From the NCBI GenBank assembly GCA_964590395.1, contig CAZPVT010000005.1, positions 116,387 through 180,386 on the forward strand: a stretch of 64,000 bases of DNA. Direction: 5' to 3'. The position numbers and the translations under genes were made by a program. The DNA is from an uncultured bacterium. Lineage in GTDB: Bacteria; Hydrothermota; Tepidihabitantia; Tepidihabitantales; Tepidihabitantaceae. Positions 18,954-29,786 of the stretch are shown here, in pieces (position 1 is the first letter of the stretch; every line of letters starts with the position of its first letter). The notes under the pieces are model-generated. The model made no database searches. It worked only from the letters and a program-made list of their open reading frames with translations, and was not told where the DNA came from.

Positions 18954-21116
18954 ATGATGTCGGTGGTGTTAACCGAAAATGCACTTGAGGTGTTGCGTCG
19001 ACGATATCTGCGTCGGGATGAGGAAGGGAAAATAATTGAAACTCCAGAGCAGATGTTTGAGCGGGTGGCAAAGGCGATAGCCCAGGTGGAAGTAAATTAC
19101 GGGGCAAAACAAGGGGAGGTCGACGCACTGACTGAGGAATTCTACCAGCTGCTTGCCAACCTGCGGTTTCTCCCTAACTCACCAACACTGATGAATGCGG
19201 GAACAGAACTTGGACAGTTGAGCGCCTGTTTCGTTTTGCCGGTCGGCGATTCAATGGAGGAGATCTTTGATGCGGTTAAAAATGCGGCGCTAATTCATAA
19301 ATCGGGTGGCGGAACCGGCTTCAGTTTCTCTCGGTTAAGACCGAAGGGAGATGTGGTTGGTTCAACAAAGGGTATCAGTTCTGGACCGATCTCATTTATG
19401 GAGGTGTTTGATGCGGCTACCGAAGCGGTGAAGCAAGGTGGAAGGCGCCGCGGTGCCAATATGGGGTTGTTGCGCGTTGATCATCCCGATATTCTGGAGT
19501 TTATCACCTGCAAGGATGATGTTAACCGTTTCACCAATTTTAACATTTCCGTGGGTGTAACCGAGGAGTTTATCAGGTCCGCACTTAACGATGGGGATTA
19601 TGGGTTGATAAATCCGCGTAACAATCAGGAGGTAAGAAGGCTGAAGGCAAGAACGGTACTGAATATGATCGTGCATCAGGCATGGGAAAACGGTGAACCG
19701 GGTTTAGTTTTTCTCGACCGAGTAAATGCTGACAATCCAACACCCGCACTGGGAAATATTGAGGCGACAAACCCCTGTGGTGAGCAACCGCTCCTGCCGT
19801 ATGAATCCTGTAATCTCGGTTCAATAAATCTAGCACGGATGTTAGGGGAAAAGGGAATTGACTGGGAGCTTTTGCACACGACGGTCAGGCAGGCGGTGCA
19901 TTTTCTTGATAATGTTATCGATGCTAATCATTATCCGCTCCCGGTGATTAAAGAACAGACCAATGGTAACCGTAAAATTGGGCTGGGAGTGATGGGTTGG
20001 GCAGATCTTCTGGTTCAGTTGAAAATCCCCTATAACTCCTCTGAGGCGTTAGAGTTGGCTCAGAGGGTAATTGGTTTTATTGCTGAGGAGGGCAAGCGAG
20101 CATCGAGCAAACTGGCAGAAGAGCGCGGGGTATTCCCTAATTTTAGGCAGAGCGTATACTATCCCCATTTGCCGTTGCGCAACGCCACAATTACCACTAT
20201 CGCTCCAACCGGTAGTATAAGCATCATCGCCGGGTGTAGTAGTGGAATTGAGCCTTATTTTGCCCTGGCTTACGAACGGAATGTGCTGAATGGGACAAAA
20301 TTAAAGGAGGTTAATCCCTATCTGAGAGAGGAGTTGATAAGGCGGGGGCTGTGGTGCGATTCATTGGTTGATGAATTAATTAACCGGGGGAAAATCGGTG
20401 AGCTACCGGGTATCCCTGAGGATTTAAAACGGCTGTTCCTTACCGCTTTGGAGTTAACGCCAGAGGAGCACGTGAGAATACAGGCGGCATTTCAGCGTTC
20501 CACCCACAACGCGGTGAGTAAAACCGTGAATTTGCCGAATACCGCGACCGAAGATGACGTATGGCAGGTATTTACTTTAGCTTATGAACTGGGGTGTAAG
20601 GGGGTAACCGTATACCGAGACGGTTCAAGAAGCGGGCAGGTGCTGGCAGTAAAGAGAAAAGAAAGCACGGTTAACCCTAAAGTAAGGCCATTGACACTAT
20701 CCGGAGTAACCAGGAAAATGACCACCGGCTGTGGTAATCTGTATGTTACCATCAATCGAGATGAAGCACAGAGGATTTTTGAAGTGTTTACCAATATTGG
20801 CAAAGCCGGGGTTTGTGCTCAGGTACAGGCACAAGCGATCGGCAGGCTGGTTTCGCTGGCGCTGCGTGCCGGGGTTATGCCGGAGCAGATCGTCAGGCAG
20901 TTGAAGGGGCTGAACTGTCAGTCTCCAGCTTGGACGAAGAATGAGAGGATCAGCAGTTGTGCGGATGCGATTGCCAAGGCGCTGGAACAGGAGCTGGGGA
21001 TAGTTATCGAAAATAAGGAGGGTTTGGAAGGAGCCTGTCCTGATTGTGGAGGGAGGGTGGAGTTTCAGGAGGGGTGCTTAGTCTGTGTTGCCTGCGGATT
21101 TAGTAAGTGTCCTTAA
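18954..21116 (+). CDS. nrdJ: Adenosylcobalamin-dependent (class II) ribonucleotide reductase NrdJ
   Basis: 720 aa. NPCGEQPL active-site motif. Class II-type catalytic core. C-terminal CPDCGG..CVACG zinc ribbon. Confidence 0.85.
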   Translation: MMSVVLTENALEVLRRRYLRRDEEGKIIETPEQMFERVAKAIAQVEVNYGAKQGEVDALTEEFYQLLANLRFLPNSPTLMNAGTELGQLSACFVLPVGDSMEEIFDAVKNAALIHKSGGGTGFSFSRLRPKGDVVGSTKGISSGPISFMEVFDAATEAVKQGGRRRGANMGLLRVDHPDILEFITCKDDVNRFTNFNISVGVTEEFIRSALNDGDYGLINPRNNQEVRRLKARTVLNMIVHQAWENGEPGLVFLDRVNADNPTPALGNIEATNPCGEQPLLPYESCNLGSINLARMLGEKGIDWELLHTTVRQAVHFLDNVIDANHYPLPVIKEQTNGNRKIGLGVMGWADLLVQLKIPYNSSEALELAQRVIGFIAEEGKRASSKLAEERGVFPNFRQSVYYPHLPLRNATITTIAPTGSISIIAGCSSGIEPYFALAYERNVLNGTKLKEVNPYLREELIRRGLWCDSLVDELINRGKIGELPGIPEDLKRLFLTALELTPEEHVRIQAAFQRSTHNAVSKTVNLPNTATEDDVWQVFTLAYELGCKGVTVYRDGSRSGQVLAVKRKESTVNPKVRPLTLSGVTRKMTTGCGNLYVTINRDEAQRIFEVFTNIGKAGVCAQVQAQAIGRLVSLALRAGVMPEQIVRQLKGLNCQSPAWTKNERISSCADAIAKALEQELGIVIENKEGLEGACPDCGGRVEFQEGCLVCVACGFSKCP

Positions 21117-21130
21117 ATTTAATTTTAAGG
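21111..21130 (+). terminator. Weak AT-rich hairpin overlapping the nrdJ stop (possible terminator)
   Basis: CCTTAAA-tttaat-TTTAAGG 7-bp stem. No clear U-tract. Confidence 0.2.
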
Positions 21131-21218
21131 ACTGCCGTTAGTTACTGATTAATACCCGGGGATGACACGATCGGGTAAGTTCTTGACTTGCTTAAAATTG
21201 TGGTTATGCTGAAGATAT

Positions 21219-22247
21219 ATGCCGAAAACATACACGGCAATTGAAAGTTGGATAGTCACCAATTTGCAGTTAACGCCGTCAAATAGTATTGAGCAGACCT
21301 ATGAAAGGCTGGAGCGACAGGGAGATAACCTACCGTTGCTTAATGCCCCGCAGGATTTAACTAATCCGGCGCATTTTATCGAGGAGGCGGTAATCTGGGA
21401 TTTTGCTTTACATCTGGCGGGGTGTGAGAAGGTGCTGGATGTTGGTTGTGGTGATGGCTGGCCCAGCCTGCGGCTTGCTAACCATTTTCCCATCTTGGTG
21501 GCGGTTGACGCTTCAGCCCGCCGTGTTGCTACTGCACAAGCCAATGCCCGGCGTTTAGGATTAAAGAATGTGAGTATTAAACAGATGTCAGCGCTGGAAA
21601 TGGATTTTCCCGATAGTTCGTTTGATGGTGTGGTCGCAGCGAGTGTTATTGAGCAGACAACCAATCCTTATCAGGCACTACGAGAGATTTTCCGGGTGCT
21701 TAAACCAGGGGGAAAATTGCGGCTGTTTTTTGAACCGGGCGATAACAGCACCAAGGGAGTTAGCGAGCGGGTTTTTATTTCGGAGACCGAGGATTCCCCC
21801 GGGTATCATTATGTCTTGAAACACAGTCGCCCTCCGTGGGAACGTAACTATCTGGTCAAATTTCCCCCAACTCCAGAGGTTAAAGATGCTTTCCGGCGGT
21901 TGCACAGTCTGATCGAAAGGCTGGGCTCAAATCCGAGACAGGCGCCAGAAATTGGCCTGAATTTTTTAACAGAAAACCAGACTCAAATCCTGGGGGTAAG
22001 CTGGTATGAAATAGAACTTTTTACCAGTGAGACGATGAAGGAGACTTTGGAAGAGGTTGGTTTTGAGGAAGTGGATGTCATTTATTCGGCTGGCACTTTT
22101 GCGCGCCGGTTTTTCCCTTTGATACAGGAGCAAGGGCTTTCCAGTATTCAACTGGCGGCTTGCTGTCGTGCTCTGGCAGAAATTAGTAAGGACATTTCAG
22201 CACCACATATTTCCGGCGAACCGATTGTTGCAGTAAGACCAAAATGA
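21219..22247 (+). CDS. Class I SAM-dependent methyltransferase
   Basis: Motif I VLDVGCGDGW. Post-I acidic residue. Motif VLKPGGKL. Confidence 0.7.
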   Translation: MPKTYTAIESWIVTNLQLTPSNSIEQTYERLERQGDNLPLLNAPQDLTNPAHFIEEAVIWDFALHLAGCEKVLDVGCGDGWPSLRLANHFPILVAVDASARRVATAQANARRLGLKNVSIKQMSALEMDFPDSSFDGVVAASVIEQTTNPYQALREIFRVLKPGGKLRLFFEPGDNSTKGVSERVFISETEDSPGYHYVLKHSRPPWERNYLVKFPPTPEVKDAFRRLHSLIERLGSNPRQAPEIGLNFLTENQTQILGVSWYEIELFTSETMKETLEEVGFEEVDVIYSAGTFARRFFPLIQEQGLSSIQLAACCRALAEISKDISAPHISGEPIVAVRPK

Positions 22248-22265
22248 TATAATAAGGAGGGGGTT

Positions 22266-23546
22266 ATGGGTAGTTATCTGGATAAAAGACGGAGGTGGAC
22301 GGTACTCGGTAAAATGGTCTTATTTCTGGCAGTGGTTCTTAGCTACTGTCAGCGCCCACCCGAAGGCAAGCGAATCGGTAGTAGTTATCAGGAACTGTCA
22401 AAGGCAGAGGTTTGGAAAGTGCCATCCCGTAGTCAGGCACAAATTATCGGTTTGCGACCCGGGGATTTAATAATCGCCTATAATGACGAGGTCATTAAAA
22501 ATTTTGGGGATTATCTTGCCGCAGAAAAGCATCTGGTGGGAACCCGGGAAGCAGTGAAGTTAACCGTTTTGCGCGATGAGCAGGAGATAAATCTTGAGAC
22601 AAAACCGGTACCGCTCAGCTTCATTCCCAGGACGAAAATGTACAGTGCCAGTCTTGCTAAAGCCTTGGATGATATCCTGCAACATTTCGGACAGCAAGGC
22701 TTTTATGACTGGCTGGCAGCGATGACTGGCGAGTCTTTTGCATTGACACTGCTGGACCAGGACTGTCAATCGTGGGGTGGAGATGGATTGGCGGATAACT
22801 ATCTTACCAATGTTGGCAAATTCACCGGGTTGTCTTTTCGGACGATCTATCAGAGTTCAGCAGGAGATACGGAGGAGCAATATAGGGCACGTGCGGCATT
22901 GGCACAGGGATTAGCAGAGAACAAATTTGTCCTCGTTTACGGTGGTTGGGAAAAGGTTTCAGGTAATGGTTGGGGGATTGTGGTGCGTTTTGATTCCAAA
23001 GATTCGGTTTTTTATGGCTATGCGATTGAGGATGGAGAGGAGCAGGCGTTGAAGAGGGGGCTTGTCCGTGCCTATGAGGTTAAATTTCGAGGCAAGGTTA
23101 ATATTGAGTTGCCTATATTGGTAACCACAGTATTGGAACAGGCGCTGGAGATGGGCCTGGCGGCCAGTGATTCTGGTTGGCACTCCGGGCTGGAGGCTTA
23201 CGATGTCATTCTGAAACAACTAGAGCGGTTCCCACTCTGTCCAGAAGGAGTTGATGTCAGTAATCTGTGCTTTTACAATATGGTCTGGCGTCTGATCAGC
23301 AAGAAAGAAAGTGCCAATCGGTTCCTTTATGAGATGAGAGAAGTTCTACCAGAGGGAGCAGAAATGTTTGAAGAGGTTATCGGCCGAAATCGGGCGATTA
23401 TTGGCCGACTGGAAGGGGTTGCGGCTGCTGGGGTAAGTTTCAATTCTTTAGATGAGCAAAGAAAGGTCGCCAAGGTTATTTACGAAATCCAGCAGATTGA
23501 AAACGATATTCTTGGGATTTATGAAGAGATAATCGGCGAGTTGTAA
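22266..23546 (+). CDS. Hypothetical protein with N-terminal TM/signal and a PDZ-like segment
   Basis: 426-aa ORF with an RBS. IIGLRPGDLIIAYNDEVI resembles a PDZ ligand-binding strand. Confidence 0.4.
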   Translation: MGSYLDKRRRWTVLGKMVLFLAVVLSYCQRPPEGKRIGSSYQELSKAEVWKVPSRSQAQIIGLRPGDLIIAYNDEVIKNFGDYLAAEKHLVGTREAVKLTVLRDEQEINLETKPVPLSFIPRTKMYSASLAKALDDILQHFGQQGFYDWLAAMTGESFALTLLDQDCQSWGGDGLADNYLTNVGKFTGLSFRTIYQSSAGDTEEQYRARAALAQGLAENKFVLVYGGWEKVSGNGWGIVVRFDSKDSVFYGYAIEDGEEQALKRGLVRAYEVKFRGKVNIELPILVTTVLEQALEMGLAASDSGWHSGLEAYDVILKQLERFPLCPEGVDVSNLCFYNMVWRLISKKESANRFLYEMREVLPEGAEMFEEVIGRNRAIIGRLEGVAAAGVSFNSLDEQRKVAKVIYEIQQIENDILGIYEEIIGEL

Positions 23547-23563
23547 TTTGTAGGCAAAAGGAC

Positions 23564-24367
23564 TTACCAGGTTTTCCCGGTCGAATCAAAAGTCCATTTC
23601 TGTTTTGAAATTTTTAAATAGAGTTCAATTCCCCGGCGCCGGCCAATCATTTTTAAGCCGAACGAAGAGCGGGGTTTGATGTCAATCGCGGTGCGGGCAA
23701 AGGAGCCGAATATCCGAATCTGCCCGAATTCCAAGTAATAAGGAACGGTTTTAGGTATCCGCTTACTGATATCGGTGTTTCCCGGTAGCCAGACCACCGG
23801 TCGGTTGCAGGAAATGGAGGTTGTTTCTCGGTTGATCATCGGTAGCAGTGCATACAAGGTCTCGGACAGGTCGAGTTTGTTAATCCTGAGTAGTTTTCTG
23901 GTTGTGGGTGAGAGAATATGTTCCAGCGCGACATCGGCGAGTTCGAACATTGAAAGTGTATCCCGGCTGCCGTACTGAAATGTTTGATCAAGGATATTGG
24001 AGAGCCAGACCAGTTGCCAGCCCGAGTCGGTAAAAAGCCAGTTCCCATAAATGTACTCGTAATCCTGTTTTCCTTGAAAGGTAACGTAGGTCGAAATATG
24101 TCCACCGCGTCCGCGGATCTCGATTAACCGGGTATTAATCTGGGCGATACGTCGATTTTTCACCCAAGCCTTCAGCGCGGAGTCGAAACGGAAAAACTCA
24201 ATTTCCTGCCGGAAAGCCGGGACAAACAGTTCATAAATTGTCCGGCTGTCGTTGTTTAAGATTGCCGAACTGACCTTTTGTGCCTTATGGTTGAGTTGGT
24301 ATTCGGTTTTAGGTTCGGCTGCGAGGATAATGGTATGGATAAGTAGGGGGGGGAAAATAAACTTCAC
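23564..24367 (-). CDS. Hypothetical secreted protein
   Basis: 267-aa ORF with an N-terminal signal-like segment. No recognisable motifs. Confidence 0.35.
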   Translation of the reverse strand: MKFIFPPLLIHTIILAAEPKTEYQLNHKAQKVSSAILNNDSRTIYELFVPAFRQEIEFFRFDSALKAWVKNRRIAQINTRLIEIRGRGGHISTYVTFQGKQDYEYIYGNWLFTDSGWQLVWLSNILDQTFQYGSRDTLSMFELADVALEHILSPTTRKLLRINKLDLSETLYALLPMINRETTSISCNRPVVWLPGNTDISKRIPKTVPYYLEFGQIRIFGSFARTAIDIKPRSSFGLKMIGRRRGIELYLKISKQKWTFDSTGKTW

Positions 24368-24370
24368 AAA

Positions 24371-24445
24371 CGGGCCCGACCAGATTTGAACTGGCGATCT
24401 TCGCCGTGACAGGGCGACGTGTTAACCATGCTACACTACGGGCCC
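24371..24445 (-). tRNA. tRNA-Asp (anticodon GTC)
   Basis: The reverse complement folds as a 75-nt cloverleaf: 7-bp acceptor GGGCCCG/CGGGCCC, anticodon loop CTGTCAC, T-loop GTTCAAATC. Confidence 0.85.
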
Positions 24446-24663
24446 TGATTAAATACTATAATTCTGGTGGCGGATGTCAAATCAGGACGTAATGGATGGG
24501 CGACAGTTGCCGCGACTTTTGACGGCATTCCATAGCCTGAGATAAGTTGTGGGGAAAATAAGAGGGTTATTCTATTTGTTTTCTGGTTAATATCCAGGGA
24601 GTTGTGCTATTATGTTGACCATATATTAAATTTAAAATTTATACAAGTGAAAGGAGGTACTTT

Positions 24664-26023
24664 ATGATTCGTTTGATAATGTTTTTTGCTTCTCTTGTTG
24701 CTGTTATCTTCGCCTAGGAGGTTATATGGTCGAGGCAGTAGGATTTCGGTCCGATGAGGCGTTAATCGGCATTACCAGTAAGGGGGGGATGATAATTGGC
24801 GTAGGGGGTTATGTTGATTCAGTTAATTACGATGCCGAGGGACTGATTGTAGTTTTTAATCAATCGGGTGAAACGCTGAACATCGGGACAATAGATCTGG
24901 GCGGTGATGAGCTGTTGATTGATGTCTGCCTGGACAATGAGTTGAACTGCTACATTGCCGGTAATGGCTCACCAGTTGGATTTAACCGTTGGCGACCTAA
25001 GGATTTTATCCGCAACCCATCATTTCAGGCACCCTACTGTATTATCGCCAACTTTGATTCGCTGGGTAATATGAAATGGGGAATAGTTGAATCGCCCTAT
25101 GTTGCTACAGGAGTTGCTGTTGACACTCGGGGCGACTGTTATTCTACCGGGGGCTATGGCGAAGGTTTTTATGATTTCTGCGTTGTGAAGATTCGGCCAT
25201 CCGGTGATACCGCATGGACCAGAATTTTCGATTATAGTTTGATGGATATACTATATCGGCCGGCTAATGACCGTGCGGGCAATCTGATTGCCCCGGGTTT
25301 TACATTTGACTTTTCGACGATGCGCGGAGTTGTTATGAAGGTATAGCCTGCGGGTGAAACGGGGTGGGCGAGGGTTGATAACTCAATGCCTTTGTGGCGT
25401 TTGTCAGTGCGGATGTGGACGAAATGGAGAGAATCTTTGTTACCGGTTTTTACCGGGGACACAGTTAACATTGATTTACCGGTGATCGGGCTGGACAGTT
25501 TTGGAAACGAGCTCTGGGGTCAGAGTTATGATTTCTCCTATGACGACGAGGGTTGGGTATTGTCAGCGCTCAGGACGGCTACATCTATGTTACCGGCTAT
25601 AATAGTGATGGGATGCGGCGTTCTTAAAACTTCTGGCTGATGACGGTAGTTTGGTCTGGGCTGAGCGGTATGACTTTGGTGGCTACGAGTACTTTCAGGA
25701 TGTAATGGTGGGTGAGGATGGTAATCCAATCGCTGGCGGTTTTACTGACTACTCAAGCGCTACCCCTTATGACCTGCTTCTCACCAAATTTGTCCCCAGC
25801 ATAGGGATTACCCAGTTAGAAAAATTTCGGGGATATGGGAAGAGAATTGTTGGATTCAAAACGGGGAACTTTGTTTAATGCTTACCTCAGGGGAAACTAC
25901 GATTTAGAGATATTTGATCTTTCGGGAAGGGGTGTAGCGAGATTTTACCGGCAGTTTTTAGTCAGGGGCAGAATCGATTACATCTCGGTAAGGTTGCCAG
26001 TAGTATTTATATTGTCCCGCTAA
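24664..26023 (+). pseudogene. Decayed gene for an SBBP beta-propeller-repeat protein with a T9SS C-terminal sorting domain. It shows in-frame TAG codons and at least 3 frameshifts.
   Basis: RBS + MIRLIMFFASLVAVIFA signal peptide ends at TAG (24715). The body continues in another frame from 24726. There is an in-frame TAG at 25344-25346. Frame shifts occur near 25550 and 25640. Repeated xGxxxWxxxYDF units continue across the breaks. The tail has a T9SS-CTD-like YDLEIFDLSGRGV segment. Confidence 0.5.
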
Positions 26024-26183
26024 CCGAGCCGAGTGGCAGAATAAACACTCAAAAGGCAGTGATGGTAAAGTGATTATTGGCGACCGGAAGTAACATAGGG
26101 AGTTCTAGCCAATATTAGCGATAATTTATACATTTGACTTTTGGAAAAGTTGGGATAAATTAATGAAGGCAGTTCTCTATTTG

Positions 26184-26271
26184 GGAGGGCTAGCCTAATC
26201 TGGTAAGGCAGCAGACTTGAAATCTGCCGATCCGGCGACGGGTCTTGCGGGTTCGAATCCTGCGCCCTCCG
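26184..26271 (+). tRNA. tRNA-Ser (anticodon TGA)
   Basis: 7-bp acceptor GGAGGGC/GCCCTCC + discriminator G. Anticodon loop CTTGAAA. Long variable arm. T-loop TTCGAAT. Confidence 0.8.
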
Positions 26272-26334
26272 TTTTAAAAACCGGTTTTGGATTGATTTTT
26301 TGTATTATAGATGTTTTTGTTTATAAAATAAAAA

Positions 26335-26423
26335 GGAGAGGTGGCCGAGAGGCTGAAGGCAACCGCTTGCTAAGCGGTTATACCCCTAACCGGGTATCAA
26401 GGGTTCGAATCCCTTCCTCTCCG
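26335..26423 (+). tRNA. tRNA-Ser (anticodon GCT)
   Basis: Acceptor GGAGAGG/CCTCTCC + G. Anticodon loop TTGCTAA. Long variable arm. T-loop TTCGAAT. Confidence 0.8.
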
Positions 26424-26453
26424 CTGGTAATTAATTCTGGCTATTAACCGCCA

Positions 26454-28034
26454 ATGGGCGATAAAACCGTCCGTGTGAGGATTGCCCCTTCCCCAACCGG
26501 TGCTTTGCATCTGGGTTTAGCAAGGACCGCTCTTTATAATTACCTGTTTGCACGGAGAAATAAAGGTATTTTTATTCTGCGGATTGATGATACCGATGAA
26601 AATCGCAATCAGCCTGAAATGCTGAAACCAATTCTTGCTGGTCTGCGTTGGTTAGGGCTTAACTGGGATGAGGGGCCGCTGGTCGGCGGTCCTTATGAGC
26701 CATATTTTCAGTCTCAACGCAAGGAGATATATCAGGCAGCAGTTAGCAAACTTTTGGAAGTCGGTGCTGCTTATAAGGACTACGCTACACCGGAAGAGGT
26801 GTCGGCGGAGCGGGAGCAGGCAAGGAGAGAAGGAAAAACTTTTCGTTACAGCCGGCGGTGGTGCGCAGAAACCACAGCCGATTGTGCCCGATTCGAAGCC
26901 CAGGGCAGAAAACCGGTGATCCGCTTGAAGATGCCGATGGAGGGTAAGATCGTTATTAACGATTTAATTAGAGGTAGGGTTGAATTTGATCTGAGTTTGG
27001 AGCAGGATCATGTAATTCAACGTCAGGATGGGAGTTTTCTTTATCATTTAACCAGCGCGGTCGACGACGGGGAGATGGGTATTACACACATCATCCGGGC
27101 TGAAGAGCACCTTTCCAACACACCGCGCCAGATATTTATACTCCAAAACTTGGGGTATAGTTTACCGGAATTTGCTCATCTTCCCTATGTTGCAGAACCA
27201 GGGAGTAAAAATAAACTGAGTAAACGGAAATTAAAAGAGTACATAAAGAAAAAGGATTTTGCCGAACTCTTGGCAAGGGGGGGAAAGATCGCCCGCCGGC
27301 TTAACTGGCAGTTGTCTCCGGAGATTTTTAATCCGGTGGTAATCGATTTCTATCAGCGGACCGGTTTTTTGCCTGAGGCGTTGATTAACTATCTGGCGCT
27401 GCTTGGCTGGTCTTATGACGACCGTACCGAATTTTTTTCGCTGGCAGAACTTACTCAGGTATTTTCGCTGGATAAGGTGGTTCGTTCACCGGCAAGTTTT
27501 GACCCGCAAAAACTTATTGCCTTTCAGGTGCATTATTTGATGGAATTACCGGTAGAAAAGCGAACAGAACTGGTGCTCCCTTATCTACTTCAGGCCGGAG
27601 TTATTACCTCGCCGGTGGAACTTTCGGTAAAAGAAATGGTCAAAAAAATAGCCCAAGCGGCCGGTGATCGAATCAAAATTGCCGGTGATATACTCGATTA
27701 TAAGTATTTCTTTGTTCCGGATGAGCAACTAAACTATGATGAGAAGGCGGTCAAGCGCTGGCTTGCTGATAGTCGGCAAAAGCAGATTCTCAGTGCGGTA
27801 CGGGAGACCCTTGCTCAAATCGACTCTTTTGAGGTGGACAGGTTGCATACCGAGCTGGAGTTATTCATTAAACAGCAGGGCGTCAAAGGTATGGAGTTGA
27901 GCCAGATTTTGCGTGTGGCGGTTACAGGTCGTGATTATGGATTTGGTATCAATGAGGTGTTGGCGATATTAGGTAAGAACAGAGTAATTAACCGGATTGA
28001 CCGGATTCTGTCCAAAGCGGTTCTCCCATTTTGA
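26454..28034 (+). CDS. gltX: Glutamyl-tRNA synthetase
   Basis: Class I HIGH-type motif (SPTGALHLG). KLSKRK (KMSKS-type) motif. 526 aa with a C-terminal anticodon-binding extension. Confidence 0.85.
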   Translation: MGDKTVRVRIAPSPTGALHLGLARTALYNYLFARRNKGIFILRIDDTDENRNQPEMLKPILAGLRWLGLNWDEGPLVGGPYEPYFQSQRKEIYQAAVSKLLEVGAAYKDYATPEEVSAEREQARREGKTFRYSRRWCAETTADCARFEAQGRKPVIRLKMPMEGKIVINDLIRGRVEFDLSLEQDHVIQRQDGSFLYHLTSAVDDGEMGITHIIRAEEHLSNTPRQIFILQNLGYSLPEFAHLPYVAEPGSKNKLSKRKLKEYIKKKDFAELLARGGKIARRLNWQLSPEIFNPVVIDFYQRTGFLPEALINYLALLGWSYDDRTEFFSLAELTQVFSLDKVVRSPASFDPQKLIAFQVHYLMELPVEKRTELVLPYLLQAGVITSPVELSVKEMVKKIAQAAGDRIKIAGDILDYKYFFVPDEQLNYDEKAVKRWLADSRQKQILSAVRETLAQIDSFEVDRLHTELELFIKQQGVKGMELSQILRVAVTGRDYGFGINEVLAILGKNRVINRIDRILSKAVLPF

Positions 28035-28070
28035 CATCAGAGGAGCAGTTTGATATGATAAATAATTTCT

Positions 28071-29786
28071 ATGAGTTGGGATAACGAGAAAAAGTCGGGT
28101 CCTGATTTCATCAGGCGCATAATTAACGAGGACTTGGCGTCGGGTAGATTTCAGCCACCGATTGTTACCCGTTTTCCACCCGAACCTAATGGCTATCTCC
28201 ACATTGGTCATGCCAAGTCGATCTGTCTGAACTTCGGGATTGCTCAGGAGTATGGTGGCAGGTGTCATCTGCGTTTCGATGACACCAATCCAGAAAAGGA
28301 AGAGGAGGAATTTGTCCGGTCAATAATTGAGGATGTCCGATGGCTAGGATTCGACTGGAGGGATTATTTGTATTACGCTTCGGATTACTATGAGCAGTTG
28401 TATCAGTGGGCGGTAGAGTTGATTAAAAACGGTAAGGCTTATGTGTGTGATCTTTCTCCAGAACAGGTGCGAGAGTATCGGGGAACATTGACCGAGCCGG
28501 GTCGAGAAAGTCCGTATCGGAATCGCTCGGTGGAGGAAAATCTGAAGTTGTTTGATCAGATGCGCAGAGGTGAATTCCCTGATGGTGCCAAAACCCTGCG
28601 TGCCAAGATTGATATGGCGTCCCCTAATCTGAATATGCGCGATCCGGTGATGTACCGAATTATGCGTGTTCCCCATCACCGCACAGGCGACAAATGGTGC
28701 ATCTATCCGACATACGACTGGGCACACGGTCAGTCCGATGCCATTGAAGGTGTCACCCATTCAATCTGCACGCTGGAGTTTGAAGACCACCGGCCGCTCT
28801 ATGACTGGTTTATTGAACAACTTGGAATTCACCACCCACGTCAAGTGGAGTTTGCGCGGTTGAATCTGACCTACACCGTACTAAGCAAGCGTCGGTTGAT
28901 GGAGTTGGTACAAGGGGGTTATGTTTCAGGTTGGGATGATCCACGCATGCCGACGATCGCTGGATTACGGCGGCGTGGGTATACCCCGGAGTCAATAAGA
29001 AACTTCTGTGAGATAATCGGAGTCGCCAAAGCAGAGACAGTTGTTTCGATCGACCTTTTGGAGCACTGTGTGCGAGAAGATCTGAACCGACGGGCAGAAC
29101 GTCGGATGGCGGTATTGAAGCCATTAAAGGTGGTGATTGAAAACTACCCCGAAGGGCAGGTTGAGGAGCTGGTGGCACTCAACAATCCCGAAGATTCCAA
29201 TGCCGGCACCCGACTTGTACCTTTTTCCCGGGAGATTTACATTGAACAAGATGATTTCCGTGAGGAGCCACCGCCCAAATACTACCGTTTAGCTCCGGGA
29301 AGAGAAGTACGGTTGCGTTATGCCTATTTCGTCAAATGTGTCGGGGTGACTAAAGATGAGCAGGGGCGTATTAAGGAACTCCGCTGTACCTATGATCCCC
29401 AGACTCGCGGCGGTAACGCGCCGGATAAAGGGAGAGCTAAGGCAACCATTCACTGGGTATCTGTGCCCCACGCTGTTAATGCCGAAGTTCGGCTTTACGA
29501 TCGGTTATTTACTATGCCGGACCCGGATGAAGTGCTACCGGGGAAGGACTGGAGGGCAAATATTAACCCCGATTCACTGGTGGTATTAGCGGAGTGTAAA
29601 TTAGAACCGAGTTTTAATGATGTCAAGCCCGGTGAGATATTTCAGTTTGAACGGCTGGGCTATTTCTGCGCGGATTTGAAAGACTGTCAGCCAGGCCGGC
29701 TGGTTTTCAATCGTACCGTTACGCTCAAGGATACCTGGGTGAAGATCGAACAGAAAATGAAAGAAACACGAAAGGAGGAAAGGTGA
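28071..29786 (+). CDS. glnS: Glutaminyl-tRNA synthetase
   Basis: N-terminal [23 protein letters not shown] motif. VLSKR motif. GlnRS-specific C-terminal beta-barrel anticodon-binding domains. 571 aa. Confidence 0.85.
   Translation: MSWDNEKKSGPDFIRRIINEDLASGRFQPPIVTRFPPEPNGYLHIGHAKSICLNFGIAQEYGGRCHLRFDDTNPEKEEEEFVRSIIEDVRWLGFDWRDYLYYASDYYEQLYQWAVELIKNGKAYVCDLSPEQVREYRGTLTEPGRESPYRNRSVEENLKLFDQMRRGEFPDGAKTLRAKIDMASPNLNMRDPVMYRIMRVPHHRTGDKWCIYPTYDWAHGQSDAIEGVTHSICTLEFEDHRPLYDWFIEQLGIHHPRQVEFARLNLTYTVLSKRRLMELVQGGYVSGWDDPRMPTIAGLRRRGYTPESIRNFCEIIGVAKAETVVSIDLLEHCVREDLNRRAERRMAVLKPLKVVIENYPEGQVEELVALNNPEDSNAGTRLVPFSREIYIEQDDFREEPPPKYYRLAPGREVRLRYAYFVKCVGVTKDEQGRIKELRCTYDPQTRGGNAPDKGRAKATIHWVSVPHAVNAEVRLYDRLFTMPDPDEVLPGKDWRANINPDSLVVLAECKLEPSFNDVKPGEIFQFERLGYFCADLKDCQPGRLVFNRTVTLKDTWVKIEQKMKETRKEER

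Noticed and set aside
21111-21130. Strong intrinsic terminators in general
   Set aside because: Only weak AT-rich hairpins without U-tracts were found. Most gene junctions are overlapping or tightly coupled, so no confident terminator calls were made.
26217-26447. 76-aa ORF MKSADPATGLAG...
   Set aside because: It overlaps both tRNA-Ser genes in their entirety. The tRNA folds are unambiguous.
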